A DNA stretch of 46,394 nucleotides from a virus, in UHGV virus genome UHGV-0390997. The stretch is one strand, 5' to 3'. Below the pieces are notes generated by a model. That model was given only the letters and a program-made list of their open reading frames with translations, was not told where the DNA came from and did not search any database. Of this stretch, positions 36,339 to 45,144 are shown piece after piece; positions within the stretch are counted from its first letter, which is position 1; every line of letters starts with the position of its first letter. A program made the position numbers and the translations under genes.

Positions 36339-36917
36339 CTACTCAGCCTCCCACTTGATACCCTTGGCGTCTAACTCCTGCTGAATAACGCTCTCACAGT
36401 GAATAACTGTGCTGTTATAACCAGCTCCGAACATATAGGGATGTTTTTTTCCATCACGAACATTGCCCAATTCCTCGACCGGAATTGGCGCAAATTTGAT
36501 GTTGACGGAGCGGGACTCCAGCTCGGCGATGCGCTTCTCGGCCGCTCTACGCTTGCGGAACTGGGCTTTGCGGCTGGCTTTGAGGTTATGCTTAGCCAGT
36601 TCAGCCATGTAGAGTTGGTGCTCTGCGTTAGCCAAGCGCTGACGAACTTCATCGTTCTCCGGTTCATCAATCCGCTGCCGCGCCTTCTCCAGCGCCTCTA
36701 CCAGCGCGAGAACGTTGGCAGGGTTTGCCAGGGCGATGAATGCGCTATTTGCTTCCGTAACATCCCCGGCCAAAAGATTAACGACGCGCGTATTGTTCGC
36801 CGCTGAAATCTCGGCATCCATGAATGGGGTCGTTTTGAGATAGCGCCACTCGCCGGGAGTCGCTTTCTCTGCTGCCGCTTTCATAGCTGGCGCCAGTTCG
36901 GTGATATCAGTTGTCAT
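36339..36917 (-). CDS. hypothetical protein (192 aa, coiled-coil middle)
   Basis: ORF. Confidence 0.4.
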   Translation of the reverse strand: MTTDITELAPAMKAAAEKATPGEWRYLKTTPFMDAEISAANNTRVVNLLAGDVTEANSAFIALANPANVLALVEALEKARQRIDEPENDEVRQRLANAEHQLYMAELAKHNLKASRKAQFRKRRAAEKRIAELESRSVNIKFAPIPVEELGNVRDGKKHPYMFGAGYNSTVIHCESVIQQELDAKGIKWEAE

Positions 36918-37231
36918 GCTGCACGCTCCTGTTTTGGCATCAGCGCATCTCGGACGCTCTGGCGGTAGTAGTGGTGAAAGGCAAACGTCAGGCCGAGTTT
37001 TGTTGGTCGCTCCTGCTTACCCAGCAGTTTGAGGCGTGTGCAAATGGTCGTCGCCGTCCAGCCAGAGTGATAACCGGCGGCACGCTTCATAACGGTTTCA
37101 GCCAGGATGGTGCGGAAGTCGTCGCGCCCGAAGTTAGTGTTTTCGAATGCGGCGTAGATCACTTCATCGGTGAGATGTGCATCGATAGCGCGGCTCATTT
37201 GTCGGCCCCCTCGCGCAGCACGGCTTCCCAT
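36914..37231 (-). CDS. hypothetical protein (105 aa)
   Basis: ORF. Confidence 0.35.
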   Translation of the reverse strand: MGSRAARGGRQMSRAIDAHLTDEVIYAAFENTNFGRDDFRTILAETVMKRAAGYHSGWTATTICTRLKLLGKQERPTKLGLTFAFHHYYRQSVRDALMPKQERAA

Positions 37232-37683
37232 TCAACCAGGGATTTTTCTGCATATTCACCTGACAGGCCATCTTCTGCTGGGTTGTTGGCTAAATCCTCT
37301 TTTGCGGTGAGTATCATGCGCACCACGTCAAAAACTTCTGACATTGGCTTATCAACGAATCCATGGTTAAAAGCGGCAGCAAGGCGGCTTGCTGCAAAGT
37401 TGATGCCTTCCACGCGACCATCAGCCTTAATCCCGGCTACGATGCGATCGGTGGCGGGGGTATTGATATCGAGCAACATTCTCACGCTTTCAACGTTTTC
37501 CACATCGGTAGATTGCTGCCATCCTATGGTTGCATCAATTGCCGCTTTCAGTGCCACATTCTCCGCAGCCAGCTGCTGGTAAGCTTTCGCCAACTCCAGA
37601 TACTTCCGCTCTTTGATTGACAGCTCTCCCGCCGACTCAAGCGACTTAATGAGCTCGTTTACTGCCTGTAGTGTGATAGTCAT
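37195..37683 (-). CDS. hypothetical protein (162 aa)
   Basis: ORF. Confidence 0.4.
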   Translation of the reverse strand: MTITLQAVNELIKSLESAGELSIKERKYLELAKAYQQLAAENVALKAAIDATIGWQQSTDVENVESVRMLLDINTPATDRIVAGIKADGRVEGINFAASRLAAAFNHGFVDKPMSEVFDVVRMILTAKEDLANNPAEDGLSGEYAEKSLVEWEAVLREGADK

Positions 37684-37925
37684 TTGGCGGCTCCTGCGGT
37701 AAGCATGGCGATGATTTCTTCCAGGGTCTCTTTCACTTCAATGCTCTCACCGGAGGACATTTTTATGACTGTCAGGCCAGCAAAATACATACTGATGATA
37801 TGATCTGCGGCAACAAATACGGGCTCGTAGACTGTTTCTTGTTCCCAGCCATACTTGCCCTGCCGACCTATCGTTGCCTTTTGACTTAAATTGAGAAAAA
37901 TCATTTTCTTACTCCCGCCAGGCAC
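37680..37925 (-). CDS. hypothetical protein (81 aa)
   Basis: ORF. Confidence 0.35.
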   Translation of the reverse strand: MPGGSKKMIFLNLSQKATIGRQGKYGWEQETVYEPVFVAADHIISMYFAGLTVIKMSSGESIEVKETLEEIIAMLTAGAAK

Positions 37926-38254
37926 TGGTTAAAAAGGTTGGTCAGCTTGTTGGCGCCGCAGTGCCGATTGCTGAACTGAAAATCCGCCGACGTGCTTTCG
38001 GTTACGGTTGTCTGCTCAGCAAGGGTGTAGCGATAGCCTTTCCGCTCCCCAGCTCGCAAAACCCGGCCGTCGTTGAACGTGGCCCAGATAGCTGAGCTGA
38101 CCACTGAAGAATCCAGGCCCGTTCCGGTGCGTATCTCTGAAAAAGTGCAACCGGGATTGCTGCCTATAAAATTGATGACGATTTGAGTACCGGATATACG
38201 CTTCATTGAATCAGCCCTTTTTCTTTGCCAATCAGGTATTCGTCCCGCAGCCAC
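37901..38254 (-). CDS. hypothetical protein (117 aa)
   Basis: ORF. Confidence 0.35.
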   Translation of the reverse strand: MAAGRIPDWQRKRADSMKRISGTQIVINFIGSNPGCTFSEIRTGTGLDSSVVSSAIWATFNDGRVLRAGERKGYRYTLAEQTTVTESTSADFQFSNRHCGANKLTNLFNQCLAGVRK

Positions 38255-38985
38255 TGAGCCGGGGTTAGCGCACCGAGTGATGCGGCACCAGGCATGCAGC
38301 CAAAGCTTTTGCCTTCCGGATGAAAACCCTGCTGGCGACTGACATGGTTTGTCGGGATTGCTTCCTGGTTGTTCTCCAGCGCCAGTACCGGCGACGGTAT
38401 CTGCTCTCCGGCGGCCACTTTAAGCACCCAGTCTTCCAGTTTCTTAGCAGCATATTTCTCGGTTTCTGCCTCGCTGAGCTGGCGCTGGTACATTGCCCGC
38501 CGGGTATCGGTGATAATCCAGTACATGACCGGGTGAGACCACGGAAAGCGCTCTGCGCCGCCGGTATGGAGCCCCTTCTCGCGGTTGTATCGTTGAAATT
38601 CACCCATCACGTCAGCCAGCTTGATACCGAGGACTGTTCCGCTGTCCTTGCACCACTTGATAAACTGACCAGGGCTAGGCAGAAACGGTTTATCCTGCTT
38701 ACGAGCTTCACGCATTCCAGCGTTGATCTGCTCCATGGTGTTGATGCCATTCTCCTTGAATGCCAGCAGCCACTGGCGGCGCATCTCGTTCATCTCATCG
38801 TTGGTTTTGCTGGACAGCGCCGGGAATACAGCGAGCAGCTGGCGGAATAGCTCGTTAAAGACTTCCGCAGTCTTGTCGGCCTGGCGCCTAATGTCCTGAC
38901 CACCCTGAATTTCAGGCATGTCGGCAGCAACGCGCTGGAAGTTCTCACGATCGAAGTTGTTCATGCTTTCAGCGATTGATTTCAT
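38203..38985 (-). CDS. P: replication protein P (DnaB helicase loader)
   Basis: MKSIAESMNNFDRENFQRVAADMPE...RRQWLLAFKENGINTMEQINAGMREARKQDKPFLPSPGQFIKWC is collinear with lambda P. Confidence 0.85.
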   Translation of the reverse strand: MKSIAESMNNFDRENFQRVAADMPEIQGGQDIRRQADKTAEVFNELFRQLLAVFPALSSKTNDEMNEMRRQWLLAFKENGINTMEQINAGMREARKQDKPFLPSPGQFIKWCKDSGTVLGIKLADVMGEFQRYNREKGLHTGGAERFPWSHPVMYWIITDTRRAMYQRQLSEAETEKYAAKKLEDWVLKVAAGEQIPSPVLALENNQEAIPTNHVSRQQGFHPEGKSFGCMPGAASLGALTPAQWLRDEYLIGKEKGLIQ

Positions 38986-40007
38986 TCGAGCACCCCGTAA
39001 ATCCAGTCAGTGTTATTTAGGTCTGCTTTGGGCTTAGTGGATGCATTTCCTCCGGATTGCTTACCACGCTGAATATCAAGCTGAGTCCACTTCTCTCGGA
39101 GCTTGGCTGGGCTAAGCACGTTTCCAGACCAGAAACCGTCATGACATGCCCAGCGGAAAAGCAAGCACATATCGCGATGAGTGCGGCCGTCACGCTCACG
39201 CATCAGGCGGATATCATTAGCCCATCCAGCAAAGTTCGGTTTTTTTGCAGATGGGGCGATGGTCTTCACCACATCAAACATCCATTCAGCAGCGGTGAGG
39301 TCTTCAGATGTTCCCCACTTTGAGCCGCTTTGTATTGCAGCATCAGGCTTAGCAAGTGGGGGATTAGTTATTTGCTTGTCAGAGGATTCGCCAGAATTCT
39401 CGGACGTAGATCTTTTAATGTTTTTATTCTTGTTATTACCTTCTTGTTCATGTTGTGCGGTTGTTTGTGCGCCATCATGTGCGCCATCATGTGCGGGTGC
39501 CGCCTTCAAACCAGCGCCATTACTGGCCCATCCATGTGCGCAAGTATGTGCGCCATCATGTGCGGCTTCATGTGCGGGTAAATTGTCTATTTTTTGAGCA
39601 TATTCAGCAAAATGTGTGATGGTAATCACTCTCCCTTTTTGCTTCTCCCCTTCGATAGAAATCATCCCTTCGCGCACAAAAACAGCCAGCATTCTCTCCA
39701 CTGAATCGCGACTTGTAGGATTCCCTTTCCGGTCGCAAAGCTGCAGCCCTAAATCGGATGCTGTGACCACCAGTTGACCGGGCAGCAATGACCACTCATG
39801 ACCTTTGAAAGTCGCTCTGAATGGCTGACGAGCAGCATTAAGCAGCAGGTTTTCCCACAGGGTTCTGAGGTACACATCTTTTGCCCAGGACTGCTTGAGA
39901 ACGCTCCGGTACAACGGGATGTAGCCAGATTTCTGGTTTTCCATCCGGTTGCTCCTGAATTGCCCCGGATCGGCGCCGGGAAACTTGAGTATTTCTGCGG
40001 TATTCAT
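38982..40007 (-). CDS. O: replication initiator O with internal origin
   Basis: Position upstream of P (ATGA-coupled). The central His/Ala/Gly-rich repeat and Lys/Asn-rich segment are encoded by the iterons and AT-rich region. Confidence 0.8.
   Translation of the reverse strand: MNTAEILKFPGADPGQFRSNRMENQKSGYIPLYRSVLKQSWAKDVYLRTLWENLLLNAARQPFRATFKGHEWSLLPGQLVVTASDLGLQLCDRKGNPTSRDSVERMLAVFVREGMISIEGEKQKGRVITITHFAEYAQKIDNLPAHEAAHDGAHTCAHGWASNGAGLKAAPAHDGAHDGAQTTAQHEQEGNNKNKNIKRSTSENSGESSDKQITNPPLAKPDAAIQSGSKWGTSEDLTAAEWMFDVVKTIAPSAKKPNFAGWANDIRLMRERDGRTHRDMCLLFRWACHDGFWSGNVLSPAKLREKWTQLDIQRGKQSGGNASTKPKADLNNTDWIYGVLE
39395..39577 (-). promoter_or_regulatory. lambda-type replication origin inside O: 8 iterons (A)TGTGCG(G/C) in two clusters of four at ~11-12 bp spacing, followed (in gene direction) by an AT-rich stretch
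   Basis: Iteron copies start at 39455, 39466, 39479, 39490, 39535, 39547, 39559 and 39570. AT-rich region 39395..39445. Confidence 0.7.
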
Positions 40008-40801
40008 GCTTCACTCTCCCAGCCAGCCTCTTTCAGAAAAGCGCGATATTCGTCCAGGATGGCGGATGCCTCAGCAGACAGAGCGAGATCGACCTGATCA
40101 GCGACTATCTGGATAAACTGGCGAGCCTTAGCTGCACTGAACTGCGGTAGCGCCGCGCTACGGGTTAGTTTCGATTTACCTGATGCTCTCGCCTTATCCA
40201 TCTGGCGAACGGCTACTGATGCCGCCTGAGGGCCGTGCTCGCGGGATAATGCAACCGCGGTTGTCGGGGATACCTCGCCGGCACGCACCATACTGATCAG
40301 CTCTTCTCCGCAGGTCAGCAAATGCAGGTGATAGTCGACGTCGGACAGTGAGCGTTTTACCTTCTTCGCGATCTCGTCAGGCTCCCACCCCTGGTTTCTC
40401 AGCCGCTGGTATGCAGCTGCGCGCTCCAGAGCAGTGAGGGGCCTCCCCTGGTTCCGGGTTACCATGAAGGCGATCCGGTCAGCTTCGCTCCCGACGAAGT
40501 CCTTGCACTCCAGGCGGATGACGTCAGCACCTGCTTTCGTCGCTTCAATTGCGCCGTAATAGCGGTGGTGGCCGTCGATTACCTTCACGCCCTTCTCGGT
40601 AACCTGAACGTCCAGCGGAGGAACAGACTCACCAGCGATAAACGCATCGCGGAATTCAGCGACATGTTCCTGGTCAATATCGCGAATGTTCAGGCCGGGC
40701 TCGACGTATAGCTCTTTCAGGGGAACGATAAACGTCCGGTTCACCTTGATACCGGTTCCGTTTTTATTTTTTTGGTTGTAATGCTGGTAAAGTGAACTCA
40801 T
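40004..40801 (-). CDS. ParB-like nuclease-domain protein (265 aa)
   Basis: ParB/Srx N-terminal motif VIDGHHRYYGA; located between cII and O, ATGA-coupled to O. Confidence 0.7.
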   Translation of the reverse strand: MSSLYQHYNQKNKNGTGIKVNRTFIVPLKELYVEPGLNIRDIDQEHVAEFRDAFIAGESVPPLDVQVTEKGVKVIDGHHRYYGAIEATKAGADVIRLECKDFVGSEADRIAFMVTRNQGRPLTALERAAAYQRLRNQGWEPDEIAKKVKRSLSDVDYHLHLLTCGEELISMVRAGEVSPTTAVALSREHGPQAASVAVRQMDKARASGKSKLTRSAALPQFSAAKARQFIQIVADQVDLALSAEASAILDEYRAFLKEAGWESEA

Positions 40802-40887
40802 AATTACTCCTGTGAATTGATCCAGTTAATTCGCGTAGAAAGCCGTTAGTGTTCGAGCACTGCGGCTTTCGCCCTTTCTGATACCCC

Positions 40888-41109
40888 TCATGCCTCAAAA
40901 TCCCCCTTCTCTCCCGTTCGGTTAGAAATCAGGATGGCCAGCAGCAGCGACATGTTCGGCAGCAGACTTTCCCGCCAGCGACTCACCGTCGACTTATTCA
41001 CTCCGGCCACTTTGGCGATATTCGTGGTTCCCAGTTCTGCTATCTGGCTGTGTAACCAGCTTTCAATTCTCCGGGCCTCCACTTTGTTGCGTGTTGTTGA
41101 ACTCTCCAT
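40888..41109 (-). CDS. cII: CII-like transcriptional activator
   Basis: RIESWLHSQIAELGTTNIAKVAGVNKSTVSRWRESLLPNMSLLLAIL parallels lambda CII (RIESALLNKIAMLGTEKTAEAVGVDKSQISRWKRDWIPKFSMLLAVL). Probable start MESSTT with an AGAGGAAG RBS. Confidence 0.75.
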   Translation of the reverse strand: MESSTTRNKVEARRIESWLHSQIAELGTTNIAKVAGVNKSTVSRWRESLLPNMSLLLAILISNRTGEKGDFEA

Positions 41110-41149
41110 TTGTGATACTTCCTCTGGTGTTGTTTGGAATGGCCGCCGG

Positions 41150-41368
41150 TCAGGCGGCATTGCTTTTCGGTGGCGGGAATACGTCATCAACGCTGACCGA
41201 AGCTCCGTATTTATTCAGCACTGCAACGATTTTCCTGCACTGCTCGATACTGAGATTCCGTTTCCCGTTTTCGTAATGGCAGATGGCGCCAGTAGTCAGG
41301 TTTAGATCGACCGCTATTTGGCGCTGTGTAAGTCCTGCTCGACGTCTTATCTTGCTTAGATTGTTCAT
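41150..41368 (-). CDS. cro: Cro-like HTH repressor
   Basis: [37 protein letters not shown] (XRE HTH); divergent from cI across the operators. Confidence 0.8.
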   Translation of the reverse strand: MNNLSKIRRRAGLTQRQIAVDLNLTTGAICHYENGKRNLSIEQCRKIVAVLNKYGASVSVDDVFPPPKSNAA

Positions 41369-41390
41369 GTCGGGTCTCCTCTTAATGAGT

Positions 41391-41470
41391 TTAATATACA
41401 TATTGTATTCTTTAGTCGCAAGGTAAATATACAAATTGTGTCTCGAAGAAAAATATACAACTTGTATCAT
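41391..41470. promoter_or_regulatory. OR region: three operators ATACA-N3-TGTAT (OR1-3) with divergent PR/PRM
   Basis: ATACAtatTGTAT (41397..41409), ATACAaatTGTGT (41431..41443), ATACAactTGTAT (41455..41467). Confidence 0.75.
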
Positions 41471-41476
41471 TTGGGT

Positions 41477-42136
41477 ATGAGCATGAAATGGTATGACTTA
41501 GCCAAGTCCCTTATGAAAACAAAGGGCATTAACCAGGAAGAACTGGCCGAGCACCTTGGGATAACTAAAGGTGCGGTTAGCCATTGGCTGAATGCAAGGA
41601 GAGAGCCCAGCCTTGAAGATATAGCCAACATTCTTCACTTCCTTGGAAAGCAACATTTTTCTGTTGGGGCCAACGGCATGATTGTTGATGAAAATCTGAA
41701 GGGGGATGTTGAGTACATAGGCCCTTATGAAGCCGGGAAAAAGTATCCGGTTCTGAGCAGCGTACAGGCGGGATCATGGAGGGAAGCCGTTGAGCCATAC
41801 TCTCTGAAGGACGTGGATGTTTGGCTTGAATCTAACGCGCATATCCAGGGTGAAGCATTTTGGTTATTGGTAGAGGGAGAATCTATGACAGCCCCTGCCG
41901 GCCTTAGCATACCTGAGGGCACGTATGTTCTTTTCGATACAGGCAGGGAGCCAATCAACGGAAGCCTTGTTATTGCAAAGCTATCGGAATCAAACGAGGC
42001 GACATTCAAAAAGTTGATAATTGATGGCGGCCAGAAGTATCTGAAGGGATTGAACCCACAATGGCCAATGGTACCCATCAACGGAAACTGTCGAATCATT
42101 GGGGTGGCAGTAGAAACTAAGCTTCGCTTGGTTTGA
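41477..42136 (+). CDS. cI: CI repressor (HTH + LexA-like S24 peptidase domain)
   Basis: N-terminal HTH ([22 protein letters not shown]). C-terminal autocleavage domain with Ala-Gly site and Ser/Lys (GESMTAP...FKKL). Confidence 0.9.
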   Translation: MSMKWYDLAKSLMKTKGINQEELAEHLGITKGAVSHWLNARREPSLEDIANILHFLGKQHFSVGANGMIVDENLKGDVEYIGPYEAGKKYPVLSSVQAGSWREAVEPYSLKDVDVWLESNAHIQGEAFWLLVEGESMTAPAGLSIPEGTYVLFDTGREPINGSLVIAKLSESNEATFKKLIIDGGQKYLKGLNPQWPMVPINGNCRIIGVAVETKLRLV

Positions 42137-42177
42137 ATGTCGCTGACGCCAGAGCATCTAGCAAATAATCATGTAAG

Positions 42178-42200
42178 CCCGGCCACCGCGCCGGGTTTTT
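42178..42200 (+). terminator. bidirectional rho-independent terminator after cI
   Basis: CCCGGCcaccgcGCCGGG followed by TTTTT, with an A-run on the other side. Confidence 0.7.
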
Positions 42201-42209
42201 GTTACCCTA

Positions 42210-42443
42210 TTATTTCCGCAGCATCAGCACATCAAGCGCCAACTCCACAGCCAGACTCACCTTGTCTTGCTGCCACAACACCTGAATCGTCTCTATTAGT
42301 GCTTCTCTTGACGGCTCGCGCTCCTCAACCAGCAGTTGCATAACTGCTATCCCAATAACCTGCGCTATCTGCGGGTGCATCTCTGCAAAAAACTCATCTT
42401 CATTCGACATGACCGCCACCCTCTTTGAGGTTTTTTTGAGCAT
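42210..42443 (-). CDS. small protein in the rex-equivalent position (77 aa), convergent with cI; possible YmgB/AriR-like fold (tentative)
   Basis: AGAGGGTGG RBS. The helical sequence ALIETIQVLWQQDKVSLAVELALDVLML loosely resembles AriR-family connectors. Confidence 0.45.
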   Translation of the reverse strand: MLKKTSKRVAVMSNEDEFFAEMHPQIAQVIGIAVMQLLVEEREPSREALIETIQVLWQQDKVSLAVELALDVLMLRK

Positions 42444-42483
42444 AACAGCGCGCCAGAAAAAAATATATCAATAATAAAAACAT

Positions 42484-42553
42484 TACGTTATGTATAAATC
42501 AAAAAATTAGTATACGATTTGTATTGCTTATCAAAAATACGTTTTGTATATTT
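42484..42553 (+). promoter_or_regulatory. OL/PL: operators ATACG-N2/3-TTGTAT (x2-3) overlapping a promoter (TTGCTT, 16 nt, TATATT) directed rightward
   Basis: ATACGatTTGTAT (42512..42524), ATACGttTTGTAT (42537..42549); a weaker copy at 42484..42496. Confidence 0.65.
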
Positions 42554-42631
42554 AACCCATCCAAACAACACCGGCAACGCCGGACGTAAGTAAAACGCTC
42601 AGCTGGCCGGCTTTAAGGCAAAGGTGAAGAG

Positions 42632-42748
42632 ATGATCCGCGAAGAAGATAAAACTGAGTGGTTTAAGTTTCTGGCACACGCATTCGCCATCGTCGTATGC
42701 GTACTGGTAGCAAGCGCACTCTGCCTGATACCTGGTGGTACAGCATGA
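42632..42748 (+). CDS. tiny hydrophobic peptide (38 aa, single TM), first gene after PL
   Basis: MIREEDKTEWFKFLAHAFAIVVCVLVASALCLIPGGTA with a GGTGAAGAG RBS; not in the supplied track (<60 aa). Confidence 0.35.
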   Translation: MIREEDKTEWFKFLAHAFAIVVCVLVASALCLIPGGTA

Positions 42749-42855
42749 GCAGAAACGGCATTCGCTCACTGGTTATCGTGCTGATTGTTATGACGGTTCT
42801 CTGGTCAGCGGTGGTTATCAACATTATGCATTTTGCGGGGGTGTTCAATGGCTAA
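42745..42855 (+). CDS. tiny hydrophobic peptide (36 aa, single TM), ATGA-coupled
   Basis: MSRNGIRSLVIVLIVMTVLWSAVVINIMHFAGVFNG. Confidence 0.35.
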   Translation: MSRNGIRSLVIVLIVMTVLWSAVVINIMHFAGVFNG

Positions 42856-43042
42856 AGCAATTCCTAACAACGGACGCGCCGTGATGATGCGCAATCGCCG
42901 CACCGGCGCCGCCTGGCTTGTCAGCTTCGACTATCGCGACGGCAGCTACTGGCATGAGCCGCAGGGCAATCTGCGTCACATCCGCCGGCCATACGCATCT
43001 CGCAGCATTGAGCCACACCTGGTACCAGCCGGGACGCATTAA
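42848..43042 (+). CDS. small Arg-rich protein in the N-antiterminator position (64 aa)
   Basis: MAKAIPNNGRAVMMRNRRTGAAW...; Arg-rich N-terminus reminiscent of an ARM; position immediately downstream of PL. Confidence 0.3.
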   Translation: MAKAIPNNGRAVMMRNRRTGAAWLVSFDYRDGSYWHEPQGNLRHIRRPYASRSIEPHLVPAGTH

Positions 43043-43129
43043 CCGCGCATATCAGCGCACGAATTTAACTGAGCTATCAGGCAGCCATTACGGTGCCGGA
43101 ATTCTTGCAACCAAATTTCAGGGGAAACC

Positions 43130-44134
43130 ATGAGCGAAATAATGGATTTAACCGTCATCGAAATAAAACCAGAACAGGCACCGACCCTGTACCGGGCTGG
43201 CGGTCTTGACGCTTACCTGGAGCAGATTCGCAAGGCCGTGAACGAGGTTCCGGACCTGACAACCAAGAAAGGTCGTGATCGTGTCGCTTCTCTGGCTGCG
43301 CAGGTATCACGCAGCAAGACGGCAATCGAAAAACCGGGCCGCGAGTACCTGAAACGCCTTAAAGAGGCGGTGCGCCCTGCTGAGGCGGAAATTAAGCGCT
43401 TCGTTGATGCATGTGACGAATTGCGCGACGAAACACGCAAGCCGCTGACCGAATGGGAAGCCGAACAGGAACGCATTAAGGCCGAAGAAGCCATGAACGT
43501 ACTGCATGCCGAAGCGCTGGCCATGAATGAAGAGTTCGATCGGCAGCTGGCTGCTCGTATTGAGTCTGACCACGAAATGGCCCTGCTGATGAATGACGCT
43601 TTCGACCGTGAGCAGGCCGAGAAGAAAGCAGAAACCGAACGCCAGCGCATTGCCCGCGAAGAAGAGATTAAGCGCCAGGCGGAAGAGAAAGCCAAACGTG
43701 AAGCAGCAGAAAAGGCACAGCGTGAAATTGACGCTGCTGCCGCCAGAGAGCGAGAGGCAATTTTGGCAAAAGAGCGCGCAGAACGTGAGCGCATTGAAGC
43801 TCAGCAGCGGGCCGAGCGCGAACAGCGAGAAGCAGCTGAACGTGCTGAGCGTGAAAAACAGGCCGCCGTGGAGGCAGAGCGCCGCAAAGCTCAGGAAGAA
43901 GCCGACCGCATCCGCCGAGAGGCAGAGCAGCGCGAACAGGCACGGCTGGCAGATGAGAAACGCAAGGCCGATGAGCAGGCGCGCCGGGAAGCCGACGTTA
44001 AGCACCGCAAAGCTGTCGGTACTGAAATAGTCAAAGCTCTTCTGGCCAATACCAGCTTAACCCGCGATCAGGCGATTGAAGTCCTGACTGCGATTAAAGA
44101 CGGAAATATCCCACATACCGGGATCAGCTACTGA
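43130..44134 (+). CDS. DUF1351-like coiled-coil protein (334 aa), SSAP-associated
   Basis: Globular N-terminus then a long (E/R/A/Q)-rich coiled coil; sits upstream of erf. Confidence 0.4.
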   Translation: MSEIMDLTVIEIKPEQAPTLYRAGGLDAYLEQIRKAVNEVPDLTTKKGRDRVASLAAQVSRSKTAIEKPGREYLKRLKEAVRPAEAEIKRFVDACDELRDETRKPLTEWEAEQERIKAEEAMNVLHAEALAMNEEFDRQLAARIESDHEMALLMNDAFDREQAEKKAETERQRIAREEEIKRQAEEKAKREAAEKAQREIDAAAAREREAILAKERAERERIEAQQRAEREQREAAERAEREKQAAVEAERRKAQEEADRIRREAEQREQARLADEKRKADEQARREADVKHRKAVGTEIVKALLANTSLTRDQAIEVLTAIKDGNIPHTGISY

Positions 44135-44141
44135 GGTGCTT

Positions 44142-44339
44142 ATGAACATCAAATGTGAATGCACAGACATGCGCACATCTGTAGGCCCGCATAACACGTT
44201 AACTGTCGAGCTGGAAGACGTTGTGCTGTCGGGGACGGTTAATAGTCGTGAAGTCCTCATGCAACTGGATTGGGACGTGGTGATCGAATGTCTGGCGGAG
44301 CATGGCTACGTCATTACTCATCGGGAGAAAGCGGCATGA
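44142..44339 (+). CDS. hypothetical protein (65 aa)
   Basis: ORF, coupled. Confidence 0.4.
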   Translation: MNIKCECTDMRTSVGPHNTLTVELEDVVLSGTVNSREVLMQLDWDVVIECLAEHGYVITHREKAA

Positions 44340-44494
44340 GCGCAGCGGAAAAATGGGATGACGAAAAATTCATTCAGCTGATGAGCGATGCAATTGGCGA
44401 ACGTGATTTCGACGATGAAGAACCAGTAAACCTTTCTGCGGAACGGCAGAACCCGGTGATCAGCTGGGATGAATTTGCGGGGAATTTTCAATGA
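44336..44494 (+). CDS. hypothetical acidic protein (52 aa)
   Basis: ATGA-coupled on both sides. Confidence 0.4.
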   Translation: MSAAEKWDDEKFIQLMSDAIGERDFDDEEPVNLSAERQNPVISWDEFAGNFQ

Positions 44495-45144
44495 CGGAGA
44501 AAAAAGTTTATGCGGCCATCAGCTCGGTAGCCGGTGAGCTGGCAGAGAAAGGTATCAGCAAGGCCAGAAAACAGGGAAGCCAGGTCAACTACGCATTCCG
44601 TGGGATTGATGACGTTTACAACGCTCTGGCCCCTGCTCTGGTTAAGCACAAGTTGCTGATCCTCCCACGGTGTACTGAGCGGTCATGCTGTGAGCGAACC
44701 AGCAAAAATGGTGGGGCGTTGTTTTATGTGACCGTCCGGGCAGAGTTCGACTTTGTCAGCACGGAGGACGGCAGCATTCATACCGTCGTCACCTACGGCG
44801 AGGCGATGGACAGCGGCGATAAAGCAACGAACAAGGCCATGTCGATTGCGTACAAATATGCGGCCTTTCAGGCGTTCTGCATCCCTACAGAAGAGACGAC
44901 GGTGGACCCTGACTATGAGGCTCACCAGGTAAGGCCCGCCGACGCAGATCAGATTCTCGCTGATTTCACTGCTTACGCAGGCTCAGAGAACGATCCGAAG
45001 GCCCTCCAGGATAACTACGGGAAAGCATGGAACGGCCTTCATGGCTTCCCTGAGCATCAGACGAAGTGCAGGGACGTTACCGGCATCCGCCTGAGAGAGC
45101 TGAAACAAGCCGCAAGTGGTGGCAGCCATGAAAGTAACAGCTGA
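44491..45144 (+). CDS. erf: ERF-family single-strand annealing recombinase
   Basis: NYAFRGIDDVYNALAPALVKH...GEAMDSGDKATNKAMSIAYKYAAFQAFCIPTE matches the P22 Erf core. Confidence 0.8.
   Translation: MTEKKVYAAISSVAGELAEKGISKARKQGSQVNYAFRGIDDVYNALAPALVKHKLLILPRCTERSCCERTSKNGGALFYVTVRAEFDFVSTEDGSIHTVVTYGEAMDSGDKATNKAMSIAYKYAAFQAFCIPTEETTVDPDYEAHQVRPADADQILADFTAYAGSENDPKALQDNYGKAWNGLHGFPEHQTKCRDVTGIRLRELKQAASGGSHESNS

Noticed and set aside
39455-39577. Short direct repeats resembling a CRISPR array
   Set aside because: The repeats are 7-9 bp at ~11-bp spacing inside the O coding sequence next to an AT-rich tract, which is the signature of ori iterons rather than CRISPR repeat-spacers.
42560-42600. 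Definite nutL (boxA/boxB)
   Set aside because: Only a short stem-loop (CCGGCaacGCCGG) with a weak boxA-like CGCTCAGC, not close enough to consensus to call; mentioned only as a possibility.
43213-44030. Long ORFs antisense or out-of-frame within the coiled-coil gene (43213..43794, 43307..44005, 43593..44030)
   Set aside because: Artefacts of the repetitive GAR/GCN-rich coiled-coil coding sequence; the sense frame has a coherent globular N-terminus and an RBS.
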